Positions 52,684 through 64,000 of a DNA stretch of 64,000 nt are shown here, piece after piece (within the stretch, counting starts at the first letter, position 1; each line of letters opens with the position of its first letter). Both the position numbers and the translations under genes were made by a program. The notes under the pieces are model-generated. The model was given only the letters and a program-made list of their open reading frames with translations. It was not told the DNA's origin and searched no databases. Source of the DNA: Bispira polyomma. Its lineage: Eukaryota. The DNA lies in the NCBI GenBank assembly GCA_965649765.1, contig OZ287751.1:65782001-65846000 (forward strand), in the 5' to 3' direction.

Positions 52684-54239
52684 ACAAGGATGTCTACCTT
52701 ATTCTGAGACAAACAATCAAATTACAGTATTTCTCTGAAATGTGGTAATGTACTGTTTGTTGCAGCAAAGTTTCTGAATTCTGTTTAAAAAAATGACAGA
52801 AATTCTTGGAAAAATTAAGTACAGATTGCCAAACCTGTAACCACTGCTTTAAGATGTTACCAAATACAAGAATCTTTTTTTATAAAATTTCCCAGTGTTT
52901 ACAATATTTTTATTGCACCCAAGATGATGTCCTTTAGTGTGCCTCAAGAGAAGGTTTACTACACAAAGAAGCTGTAGTTATTGGAAACAGCCAAAATCTA
53001 AAGCCATTTTGAAAGGGCAGATCCACAATTTTTTTGGGCGCTGTGTTGCCTTGGAAAAATGCAATGCTAAGTGATGATATGATGAATTTTTAACTTGCCT
53101 AATTGATACCAAGCACATTCAAAAGCGCAGTCTCATTGACAAGGTGACGAAAATCATGGTCCCTTTGTAACGAAGGACAAGGATGTCTACCTTATTCTGA
53201 GACAAACAATCAAATTACAGTATTTCTCTGAAATGTGGTAATGTACTGTTTGTTGCAGCAAAGTTTCTGAATTCTGTTTAAAAAAATGACAGAAATTCTT
53301 GGAAAAATTAAGTACAGATTGCCAAACCTGTAACCACTGCTTTAAGATGTTACCAAATACAAGAATCTTTTTTTATAAAATTTCTCAGTGTTTACAGTAT
53401 TTTTTATTGCACCCAAGATGATGGCCTTTAGTGTGCCTCAAGAGAAGGTTTGCTACACAAAGAAGCTGTAGTTATTGGAAACAGCCAAAATCTAAAGCAT
53501 TTTTAAACAGGAGAGATAACCTTAAATCCGCCATTATAACAAACCAAAAACACCCGTCTTTATCATAAACCTGCTTCTTTCTAATGTAAAGCAAACTTAA
53601 TAAAAAACATCATTTCCCCTTGAGTAATAGTTTAAAAAAGTACTCTGGTAAATTCGATGTATAAAGGACATCTCCCGGCAAGACGCACAAATAAAAATGT
53701 ACATTAATTTATAAGACTAACCAAATGTGTGTTTGGCTAATATGAGTACTGGGTATATTGTAAATATGCCTAAAAAGTAGAGCTAGTTAGTTCAGTTGTT
53801 ACTATCCCCTCTTGTAATCCAGCTTGTGAAATGAATATGTTAAATGTGTTGATCCATCACTTATAATCTGTCATAATAAGATAAATTCACCCTTTAACAT
53901 GTAAGCTTTCATCACAATCATTGGATTATTACCTTCACCGAAGAATTTATGTTTTCACCTGTGTTTGTTGGTCACCAAGATTACACAAAAAGCAAATAAA
54001 TCAATTTACATGAAATTTGAGGTAGGGTTGGGCATGAGCTAAGGATAAATCTATTAGATTTTTAAACGAATACGGGTGAAAGGGCAGATCCACAATTTTT
54101 TTGGGTGCTGTGTTGCCTTGGAAAAATGCAATGCTAAATGATGATATGATGAATTTTTAACTTGCCTAATTGATACCAAGCACATTCAAAAGCACAGTCT
54201 CATTGACAAGGTGACGAAAATCATAGTCCCTTTGTAACG
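52684..54239. repeat. Recent local duplication, A-B-A-C-B
   Basis: A 52684-53010 and 53177-53504; B 53011-53172 and 54078-54239; only a few mismatches between copies. Confidence 0.92.
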
Positions 54240-54289
54240 CAAGTTCCTGACCCTAGAGGCAACATGGATAACAAAAATTACGATGGTGG

Positions 54290-54900
54290 GTAAGCAATAT
54301 ATTGAAGAGATGAGTTTTAAGGTTGCTTCTGATACCGGACAGGGTACTCAGGGATCTTATATTGGCTGGTAAATTGTTCCATAGGGTGGTTGCTGCCTCT
54401 GCATAACATCAAATCTTCTCACTGGTTCTATTAATAAAGACTGAGATTCTGTTTTCCCCAGTAAGCCGGTGAAAAACAGCAATGACGCAAGACATGGGGC
54501 TGACTAAAATTTACAGCCTTATATGTGGTGAGATTAGTCCTGAAGATATTTTAGTACTTCTTAGAAAGCCAGTGAAGCCTTTTGAGAAGAAGAGTCGCAC
54601 TAACACAAGATCCCACATGGCACACTACTTTGCAAAAGTGATTCTGGATTGACTGTAACCTTTGAAAATGGTACTTCCCTAGTCCCAGAAGTAGATCATT
54701 GCAATGGTCCAATCGACTGCTAACATGTGTGTTGGCTATGACTACGGCAGTTTGATGAGAGGTTTTTTGATTATCTTGATTATTCGAATATGAAGACATC
54801 AGAAGTGACATTACAAATATGATCATCGAAGGGAGAAGAGAGAGTCAAATGTAACACCTAGGTTCTATTATTTATCAGTTGACATAATGTCATTGCCTAG
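54290..54900 (-). mobile_element. L2/CR1-type LINE 3' fragment
   Basis: SRLDHCNDLLLGL....QRLQSIQN....V........LLKRLHWL motif. Confidence 0.8.
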
Positions 54901-55039
54901 GAGGTTTATAGTTGTAGTTTTTTACTTGGTAGTGTTTAACTTTTGCTGCAGAATATATTTCATAACGCTTGATTTTTTAGTTTTGATTGTCAATATTATT
55001 AAATTTAAAAAATATGATTTTTTAAATTCTTAGTGAAAC

Positions 55040-55855
55040 ATTTTAATCTTCTCAGTTCACTACTTTGATCTTCTCAGTTACCACTTTGATCTTCTCAGTT
55101 ACCACTTTGATCTTCTCAGTTAACTACTTTAATCTACTCAGTTAACCACTTTGATCTTCTCAATTAACTACTTTAAGCTTCTTAGTTAACCAGTTTGAGA
55201 AGAACTTCTAAGTTCGTTACTTGATTTGTTCAGTTCATTACTCTGATCTACTCGGTTAAGCACTTTGTTTGATTTCACTTAACCAATTCGATCTTCTCAG
55301 TTCATTACTCTGATCTTTTCAGTTAACCACTTTGTTTGATCTTCTTGCTAACCACTTCGACCTTCTTAATTCAATACTTTGATTTTCTCAGTTAACCACT
55401 TTGATATTTTCAATTCATTACTTTGATCTTCTCAGTTAACTACTTTTTTATTTGACTTAACCACTTTAATCTTCTCAGTTAACCACTTTGATCTTCCCAG
55501 TTCATTACTTGATCAACTCTGTGTATTACTTTAATCTTCTAAGTTAACCACCTTGTTTGATTTTACTTAACTTGATCTTCTGAGTTAACTACTTTGATCT
55601 TTTTAATTAACTACTTTCATCTTCGTCTGAGTTGACTACTTTTATCTTCTGATTTGATCTTTTGAGGTTCTACTTTGATCGTTTTCTGAGTTAACTACTT
55701 TAATCTTCTTAGTTAACTACTTTGATCTTCTGAGTTAACTACTTTGATCCTATTAGTTAACTACTTCAATCCTCTGAGTTATCTACTTTGATCTTCTGCG
55801 TTAACTACTTTATTCTTCTTGGTTAACAACTTTGATCTTTTAGGTTAACTACTTA
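55040..55855. repeat. Minisatellite, ~21-bp unit (TTAACTACTTTGATCTTCTCAG-like)
   Basis: Several dozen contiguous degenerate copies. Confidence 0.95.
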
Positions 55856-56340
55856 TAGCACTAAACAGTATTTTTAGAACCAAGACCACTAAACTGTCTT
55901 ACAAAGGAAGATGGCAAGACAAGGGTGGTAAGGATTGTCTATAAATATGTATAGATTTCCAAGCATGATTTGGGTAATACCCCATGCCAACAAAATGGTA
56001 TTGCATGACCCTTTAGTTTTCATTGTCAATATTATTAAATTAAAAAAAATATGTTTTGATTGTCAATATTGTTAAATTAAATATTAATGAATATTGCTTT
56101 TCTGTGCATAATGTACACAGTCTTGATAACGTTATGTAGCCTACCAAGGTTGACACAAAAGTGTGATGGGCAGAAATGTTAAATTTATTATTTGTGTATA
56201 ATTTGGTGTACAATTTCTACAAGATCACCAATTCCTGCCTTTTAACAACTGGGGGAAAACAAATAAAGATAAAAAAATTAGGTGAAAAAGAACTATATTT
56301 AATTGGTCCAAAAGTGTGAAAACCCTGACTTGCTACTAAC

Positions 56341-56405
56341 CTAACAGGTTGATGGTAAATGACGTCACCCCGAGGGCAAAAGATCCATCTTCTTCTCCAA
56401 CAATT
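56341..56405 (-). CDS. SLCO: SLCO/OATP internal 65-bp exon (not in the ORF track)
   Basis: tttag|A ATT GTT GGA GAA GAA GAT GGA TCT TTT GCC CTC GGG ... CTG TTA G|gttagt encodes (R)IVGEEDGSFALGVTSFTINLL(G); phases match both neighbouring exons. Confidence 0.9.
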
Positions 56406-57665
56406 CTAAACAAATTACATGTGTTCTAACAAAGATATGTGCAATGTTAAACCAGACAAAGGGATGCAAATTGGGTTCATTATATTTGTTTCTCTTCAAA
56501 TGTGACGAAAAGACGACATTATATGTGAAGACTCTTATGTAAAATCTATTTTTTTGTGTTCCCCGCCCACTGGTGTTGTAGAAGCTAAAACGGTCTTAAT
56601 TTTTTGTAATGCCCCAGTGACCATTAAGCAAACTCACAATTGCCACAATTTGACTAACCATGCTCTATTGTAGGACGACCCATTCTTGGAGAAAAAACTA
56701 TCTTTAAACGTTGATGCTTTTTTCAAAATTTAAAAAATACCAAGATTGACACAAAACGTATTAGTAAATATAAAGGATCTTTTTACTAAAAAGCGAAGGG
56801 TATCTTTGAAATACCTAATTGTATTGAGGACAAGATAATAATTTGCTTTAAAGCTCTTGTCTTGAGGATATAGTACAGGACTAGTGGACTTTAGAACACA
56901 AACTACTCATTATGTCAAAAATTATTGGGATCCACCTATGCTCCTCTGGCAAATAGTAGCCTTAGTCGAAGTAATCCAGCTATCTATATTTAACTATCTT
57001 GATATTTTTTTTAGCAATTTTATACCCAGTACATTATCACTGTACATTGTGGAGCCCGATGCAGTAAGTCACCCTTTTTCCTGACTGTACAAGTACAACC
57101 AACCAGTACAACCAATCAGTACCAGTAACTGTCATTCTCTAACTGAAGCATAACCATTTATAAATGTGCCTGAGATGCTCTAGCCTGCCAATGGGAATAT
57201 TACTCAATGACGGAAGAGTGTCATTTTTAATTGTCATCTAAACTACTATGTATACGCCTGTACTTTGGAACAGCTGGAACCCACATTCTCGATATTCTTA
57301 AATGAGTTTGAACCCATTAGGTGATATTTGCAGTTAACAATAATCAAACCCATTGAACCCATTAGGTGACCGTCTCTGCCTTTTTCATTATCTATAATAA
57401 CAATACAAAAGTGGGTTTAAGGGTTTGAAGGTCTTCTAGAGGCCTCTGGTGTTGGTATTAATATAAACCTTGGGCTCAAGCAAATATTAATCTGACATTA
57501 TTTTCTTAAATTTGACTTTATATTTATAAACGTATATGCCAAATGTATCTTTTACTTTTACCCCTGTGATAGGCAACATTAGACCCTCCCCCCCCCTCCC
57601 CTATAAAACAACAAACACACCAAAAAACAACAACCCAACAACAATGCTTCGTATATATTTTCTAC

Positions 57666-57829
57666 CTGAACTGTACAATAGTGCCAGGTACCCTGCCTAG
57701 CGATGTAAGCAGTGACATGAGTAGCATGCCTCCAGTGAACATGTAGAACTGGGTATCACAAGGCTCCTCACAGATCCCTATTCTGGCTGTGCTGTTAGTC
57801 ACACAGAGACAATCTTCATAGGCCATGGT
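57666..57829 (-). CDS. SLCO: SLCO/OATP internal exon
   Basis: TMAYEDCLCV..STARIGICEEPC...PGTIVQFR; AG/GT boundaries, phase 0 to 2. Confidence 0.9.
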
Positions 57830-58608
57830 CTGAAAGTACAAAGTATGGAAAGAAAATCTACGGGCAGCCAATGTATGTACAAGGAATGCAATCAGGTGAG
57901 GGTTCAGTCTAGAGTTTGTATCACATTTAGTAGAGATCTATATCTAGTTTGGAACTCATTCTCGGCAAAAGTAAAGTATTTTTTTAAATAGTCGATTATT
58001 CATTATATCAATATGGTATGCCAACAGTAACGCCAGCAGTATGTACACAAAGGATATCGGCTAGGATAAGGATATGCTACTATTGCATGTGTGTTTATTT
58101 TACAGGCCAGTTAATATGACAAAATGGTGATGCAATGCAATAAAACAGCACTTCAAAATTTGTTCATTGCTATTCTATAGTTGAATGCTTCGTAAGTTTG
58201 GGTGTAACATCGCTTTCAGCAGTTCAGAATAGGGTACTTGGTCAAGATTTTCTGCTCTGCAAAGCAGTGACCTTAAGGAATACTACCCCAACTTTCCCAC
58301 TTAGGCATGCACCAGTCAGGATTTAAACCAACAACAGAGGTGGAAGGTGAGGCCCTCCATAGTGGTATGTGAATTGTCTGCATATCAACAACAGTGTCAA
58401 AAAATATCTGAGTAGCATTATTTTGAATTATTGCTATTATTAAGTGGTATGATTCACAAGTAGTAAGTCTTTTTGTGAATAGATAACTTGGTTTTATAAT
58501 ACCATAGTGTTCAATGCCATTTTGATTCATATATTCTATATTGTAGGATGATCAGACTGTAGTATGTATGTCTATGTAGTTGTACCTAAACTAACTTGGA
58601 GGACTTAC

Positions 58609-58750
58609 ACCATTAACTTCCCCCATTGAAGAACAGCCTGCATAACAAGGGGAGAAATAAGTAAATCCGTCTGAACCACAGACTGGCTGGTGGGTGTCTT
58701 TACTGGCAGTACAGGAACATTGGGAGTTACAATCTGTCTCAAGGGAGATG
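58609..58750 (-). CDS. SLCO: SLCO/OATP exon encoding the Kazal-like loop
   Basis: CNSQCSC.......PVCGSDGFTYFSPCYAGC (a different frame from the ORF-track call); AG/GT boundaries. Confidence 0.93.
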
Positions 58751-59864
58751 CTGAATTAGTGAAATAAATATAAAAAATATACATAAATATATAATTGGCT
58801 ATGTAGGTGACATAAACATGAAGTTGCATGGAGTTTAAGACAGATCCTGAATGAGTGACGTAAATGCATGTAGGAGATACAAGCTAGTTATGCCTTGTGT
58901 CCGAGGAGATTCAGTCACTAGTGTATGGAGTGTCAGTATGGTCAACAGTTTATGCAGTCTTGTACATACATCACTTGATCAGTGTCATAAAGGCTTTTGT
59001 TAAAAATAATTGACTTCTTTATTTAAAGAAAACTAATTTTAGTTATATATTTTTATTAAATTCCTATATACTGTGCTTAAGGCACATAACTGATACAACA
59101 TAATTATATTAAGAAGAAAAAGAACAAAGAACAACACAAAACACATTTACACAGTACACAGATAATTAAGTATATGATTGATTTCCTTGCATTAAAATTA
59201 GTACAGTTGGTATCTATAAAAACATTAAATTATATGTACTACCTTTCCATTATCAAAGTTATACATAATTTAATAAGTGGATTACTACTGCATGTCTGTT
59301 ATACAGAAACTTATTGAACCTTTTATACAACTGTAAATTTACATCTGCACATATCAATGGCAAATATATGCTGTGTTTTCTTATCCCTGCTGTATCAATT
59401 ATTACACTATTTAAGGATAAAATAAGTGGCAACTGTCTTTAATTAATCTCCTATAGAAACCGCAAATGAAATGAATATGTCATCTGCTCTTCATGGGCGA
59501 ACTTAACTAAGTATACTTTTTCAGAAAGTCCTCTTAAAGACCTCAAGGACTCCTTCTAAATAATGCTGTAACTATACATTCCCATTGAGGTGATATTCCA
59601 TACATTGTGGGAAACTGTGCGAGAAATGTAAAGATACAGAGCTAGTGAGTTCAAACATTAGAAGTGCCCACACCGGGCATAAGGTCAGTTGTCCGGTACA
59701 GATATAATTACATAGTTATAGAAGCTAGTTAAAAACTAAACCTCCTCAGGTACCACTGCACAATTACTTATATGTAAGAAACCCGTAATAAATGATATAA
59801 TAAGGATCAATGGACAATTCTGATTTGTCAGGATATAATTTGTGTGTTGATTTTGACATATCTT

Positions 59865-60085
59865 TTTATGTGCCAATGTCGCTTCCAACAGCTTAGGTCA
59901 GCTTAGGTCATATGATGATTGCCAGATTTGGAAGTAACTAGTGCTGAAGCACTGTAAACCACCGACCTATGGCAAGTATCTGACAAACTTTCCCACATTA
60001 AGGAACAGGATTCGAACCCACATGCACGAGAGGCCAGTGATTGTAAAGTAGATTGCACTTCTAACCACTAGGCCACTGCAGACCC
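59865..60085 (-). mobile_element. Diverged tRNA-derived SINE
   Basis: Reverse complement has a TGGCCTAGTGGTTAG A box, GGTTCGAATCC B box and a gtgggaaag core. Confidence 0.7.
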
Positions 60086-60937
60086 ATATTTAATAATGGT
60101 TAGGCAACGTTAAACAAACCAAACCATTATTATACATCCCATCATAGATGAAGTATCACCAAGTATAAGTCTACCAAACTGATGCAACATATCTCACTTA
60201 TTCCTCTTTCTGCCGCACTCACTTGAAAGTTTAACAATAGCCTATCTTTGTGAATATCCTACCGTTAAAATTATATTAACAGTGTACCAAAAGGTGACCA
60301 TTTCAAAAATACATATTTTACGAATATATATTTGTTTTTCAAAATATTTATACTAGTATATTCCCTTCAGTGTTAACTAGTACCTTGGTTTGTCCTTCAA
60401 CTGGTATGTTATGTCAAAATGAAACTCCAGCATTGTGTACATCACAGAAAAATCACAGTCCTTCCACCCTGATAATTTTGTGGGGGACGTGGGAGGGTAA
60501 TCCTTAACCCCTCTGTCTATAATTACTTGAATTAGACTCTCTGTCTAATTAAAAGAAAACTTCAGAGAGGGTAAAATTTAACAGCACTGTGGGTGTGTTT
60601 CTCTTTTTTGCACTAAAAATACCCTATTTGTCCAAGTTTTGTGTCCAAAAATGAGTCAATAAAAATATGATGAAGATATCAAAATTTTATCATGCCCTGT
60701 AAAATCATGTGAAGTATGTATTTGTATTCCTTTGTTCTTACATTGAAATTATACCCAAGTAAATGGTATTACAAGCACTAATTAACCCTTTTCGTGAATA
60801 CCAAACAGGTAACCAGCATCTGTTACTATCAATCCCCTAACAGACGATAACTATTTAGGGATTACCATTTACCAAAGTTTTACCAAGGATGTTTAGCCTG
60901 CCACTGGGGATAAGACTCAGTCAAAAAGGACTGTCAT

Positions 60938-61120
60938 TTTAAATGCTCATCAAAGGCGCGTTCACATCTCGCCCAAGGATGTGATCCCTCAAATGAGACC
61001 AGCAGCAATCAGCAGTAGTCAAACTGGAAAACTCACCTGACCAACCCTCCCAAGCAGGAGCCAAACCCGACACCTTCTGGTCATCAGAGCCACACCCTAA
61101 CCACAAGACCACGGGAGACC
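60938..61120 (-). mobile_element. tRNA-derived SINE (different family)
   Basis: Reverse complement starts GGTCTCCCGTGGTCTTGTGGTTAGG (tRNA-like head) and continues into a non-tRNA body. Confidence 0.55.
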
Positions 61121-61156
61121 GCAGACTTTGCACAATTAATGCAAGTTTTAACTCAC

Positions 61157-61352
61157 GTGGTTAAGTCATCATTCCAGTCCCCTGCAAGGTTAATCTTTGT
61201 ACAGGAAATAAACATGAGGAGAAATATGCCCACGGTAGCAATCACACAAGACATCACCCACATCTTAGCACTGGCAAGGGTTCCAAACTTTAATCTGTAC
61301 ACCAGGAAACCTCCAATAAACCCGCCAAAGACTCCAGATATACCTGGCAGAC
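61157..61352 (-). CDS. SLCO: SLCO/OATP internal exon
   Basis: GLPGISGVFGGFIGGFLVYRLK...FLLMFISC...NLAG; AG/GT boundaries, phase 1 to 2. Confidence 0.9.
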
Positions 61353-62331
61353 CTGAAATCATATATAAGCCATGAATAAGTAATTTTAAGAAAAAGTCTT
61401 TTCAGCAGAATGTCAGTTTCAAACTTACGGGACAAAGCTACAAATCTGAACTTTTTAAAACATTTCTGAAACATTTTAAAATGTGAAGACGCACAGAGTG
61501 ACTATTTATCACAGATTTATTTGGAGCATATTCATAGCATTGATTCAAGTAAATGAGATCTAGGTATTAGAATCCTAAAATCAATTCGGCATTTTATCAG
61601 TTGTCTATGCTAATCATGGCGAATTTTGGTTGCATGTTATAAGGAGAATAACAGAAGAAGCTGGAGGGTAATGCATGAAAGTAAAAAAAGTGAAGTAATA
61701 CAGAAATAAATTTATAATGATTTTAGATTCTTCCTCAACGAAAGAGGTAGCAGCATACTAATGAATTTGGATATCACAATTCAAACATGACAGGCTGATC
61801 TATTATTTGAAAGCTAACTATATATATACTTCTTCATTTTTTTTATCATTACAAGGCAGAACACAGTCATCAATTTATGCTCACTATCTATGATAAAGAA
61901 TTGATGACAGATTTTGAACAACAACAAAACAATAAATGCTGGACATATCATTTAAGTTTGCCTTAATCTCATTCCTAAGTGGATACCATTCTTGCGGTTC
62001 GATAAAAGCCAAAATAGGTCTAGTAGAATCCCAAGCAGCCACCCACCGCCCAATGTACACATCCAGACAATTTAAAACCAAACCTGTGTTGGGTTATTAA
62101 ATAATTGTTTCTTTGTAATAAATTATCTACCTTTTACTGTTCTAACATATATAACTTATATCCTTGTTGTAACAGAATCTGTTTTTTTAATATATAGATT
62201 GGAATTACTTCCAAGTGGTACCTCTAAGGGTTTATATTATCCGCAAAATTTGCCCAAAGTGAGGATGGGTTGGATCGTCGAATTTATAGTAGTTGAGACG
62301 TTTTTATGGACGAGCCTGGCAGAATGGTTAC

Positions 62332-62496
62332 CTGCTGCAATGTTGCCTCTGAAGGCTGGCTGTAGAAAGTGTATCTCCAGGTACCTGGGCGTGTTTATGT
62401 AGACTCCAGCTATGACATAGACACTGCACACCGTGGTTATCAGCAGACTCACATAGGCACCATTAGTCAACAACTTGTACATGGCTTTGGGGAATT
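62332..62496 (-). CDS. SLCO: SLCO/OATP internal exon
   Basis: EFPKAMYKLLTN..YV......G.....PRYLE.HF; AG/GT boundaries, phase 1 to 1. Confidence 0.9.
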
Positions 62497-63273
62497 CTGT
62501 AAGTAAAGAAATATGTAACAGGGTAAAGGGAATGATTTAAATGGAGGCCGTGTCTCAAATGGTAACACAGAGCCAAGTAACAAAAAACTATGGTGTCTCT
62601 TTTTCATCTGCCCTTTGGTATTCCACAAGACTTACAAGACAAGTCTTTTTTTTCTTATCCTCTCGCTTCCATTTATCGGTCACGTAAAGCGGAAATTTGT
62701 ATAAAATATAATTTAACAATTTTGTACCTTTTTGTCTCCTATTTATCTATTTTTTGTTGGAGATAAAGAAAGTTTGTTTACATTCAAAATGCCAAATGAT
62801 CAGCGCTAAAAAAAATGCTGTAACATGACCGAGTGACGGATATTGTTCTTAATCAATAATTGGAAGTAATTGATAATGGAAAGTTTGATGATACAGCACC
62901 AGCTTTAAAGAATTCCCTATGTCTAGTTATCTAGATATCCATTTTAGTTTTCTTTCTTATTCAACCAATAATTTCAATTAACCTGGGTACCTTGCTATTT
63001 CCTTACAACTCTTACTTGTCCATGGACTACGACTCTGAATAAAGGAAATGATCAAAAGTGCTTGAAGTCCCACATTATGGCGGAGATACAGTGCTAGAAA
63101 TATCAATAAAATGACATACCTGGGATAAGAAAATGAATGTGGGAATGATGTCAACTATAACCTTGTTATGTTAATGAAAAATGTTTATACAATAGAATGA
63201 TTTTTACATAATAATAAGTCACCCTGATAGATGAATAGACAAATATCTATAGACCCACAAATCACCTGTTTAC

Positions 63274-63459
63274 CTTTAGTCTGTTCCAACAATGACTGGT
63301 CTGGTTTCTTTTTGGTCTTCACTTCTATGACCTCATCACAAGCACGTTTGGGGTAAAAAAACATGGGAATGGCTGCCATAAAGATGGCCGCCGCACACAG
63401 GATATACCCTACCCACCAGGCACCAATCCATGATGGATCACTCGGACTCTTGTCTGTGG
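63274..63459 (-). CDS. SLCO: SLCO/OATP internal exon with the family signature
   Basis: DPSWIGAWWVGY matches the OATP signature D-x-RW-(I/V)-GAWW-x-G. Alternative acceptor 6 nt inside (63453). Upstream exons lie outside the window. Confidence 0.93.
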
Positions 63460-63709
63460 CTAAGTAAAAACACACAAGTAATTCAGTTTTTATATATTTG
63501 AAATTAAAACAATATCTTACCCAACTTAGTTCATGCTTGGCTTTCTGCACAGAAAGGTACATAGATTAGATATATTTCTTTCAACGACTTTCACCCCATT
63601 TTCTTCATTTAAGTGTTAAAGTTTGAACTTATCTAAAGGCTTTAAGCACTGATGAAGATTTTAAAAACAGAGCCTTTCTTGCAAGAGTTAACACCTAATA
63701 TGTCTAGCT

Positions 63710-64000
63710 AATATAGACACAAAATTACCTGATATAGCCACAGATCTACCAGATACAGACACAGAACTACCAGATATAGACACACAATTACCGGATATAC
63801 ACACAGAGAGCTACATGCTTGGAATGGGCAGTATTGATACATTTTATGCTATACAGCTTTTGATAGATTTACATTAGTTATTAATATTATGATAGAGACA
63901 CAGAACTACCTGAAATAGACATAGAATTACATGATATAGACACAAAACTACCTGATATAGACACAAAACTACATGATATAGACACACAACTATCTGATAT
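63710..64000. repeat. Minisatellite, ~22-bp unit (GATATAGACACAAAACTACCT-like)
   Basis: Degenerate tandem copies in two blocks, running off the window end. Confidence 0.88.

Noticed and set aside
55040-55855. CRISPR-like array
   Set aside because: Units are contiguous and degenerate with no unique spacers, no cas genes are present, and the array lies in a eukaryotic intron; it is a minisatellite.
58605-58829. ORF-track translation MQLHVY...GKLMV as a protein
   Set aside because: Wrong frame; the real exon (58609-58750) encodes the OATP Kazal-like loop.

Overview
AT-rich eukaryotic (animal) genomic DNA, most consistent with a marine invertebrate/lophotrochozoan from its spliceosomal introns, tRNA-derived and Nin-type SINEs and HINE-like elements. 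The first ~30 kb is a dense transposon cluster: an Academ-like remnant, LINE fragments, a PIF/Harbinger element and a three-layer nest. In the nest, an ISL2EU element (YqaJ exonuclease + THAP/DDE transposase) is split by a DIRS-type tyrosine-recombinase (YR) retrotransposon, which is itself interrupted by an L1/Tx1 LINE. A second, divergent DIRS-type element follows on the other strand. The right half holds a single-exon class A peptide GPCR (+) converging on the last seven coding exons of an SLCO/OATP transporter (-), whose introns contain a solo LTR, duplications and minisatellites. The most interesting signal is a set of expression signals shared by both divergent YR retroelements: a phase-1 splice donor in gag and a phase-1 acceptor just before the YR ORF (predicting a Gag(N)-YR fusion), an A-rich slippery site plus hairpin at the gag stop (predicting -1 frameshifting into pol), and a cluster of TAAGG-N3-CCTTA-like quasi-palindromes downstream of YR. 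All calls are by eye, without database searches.
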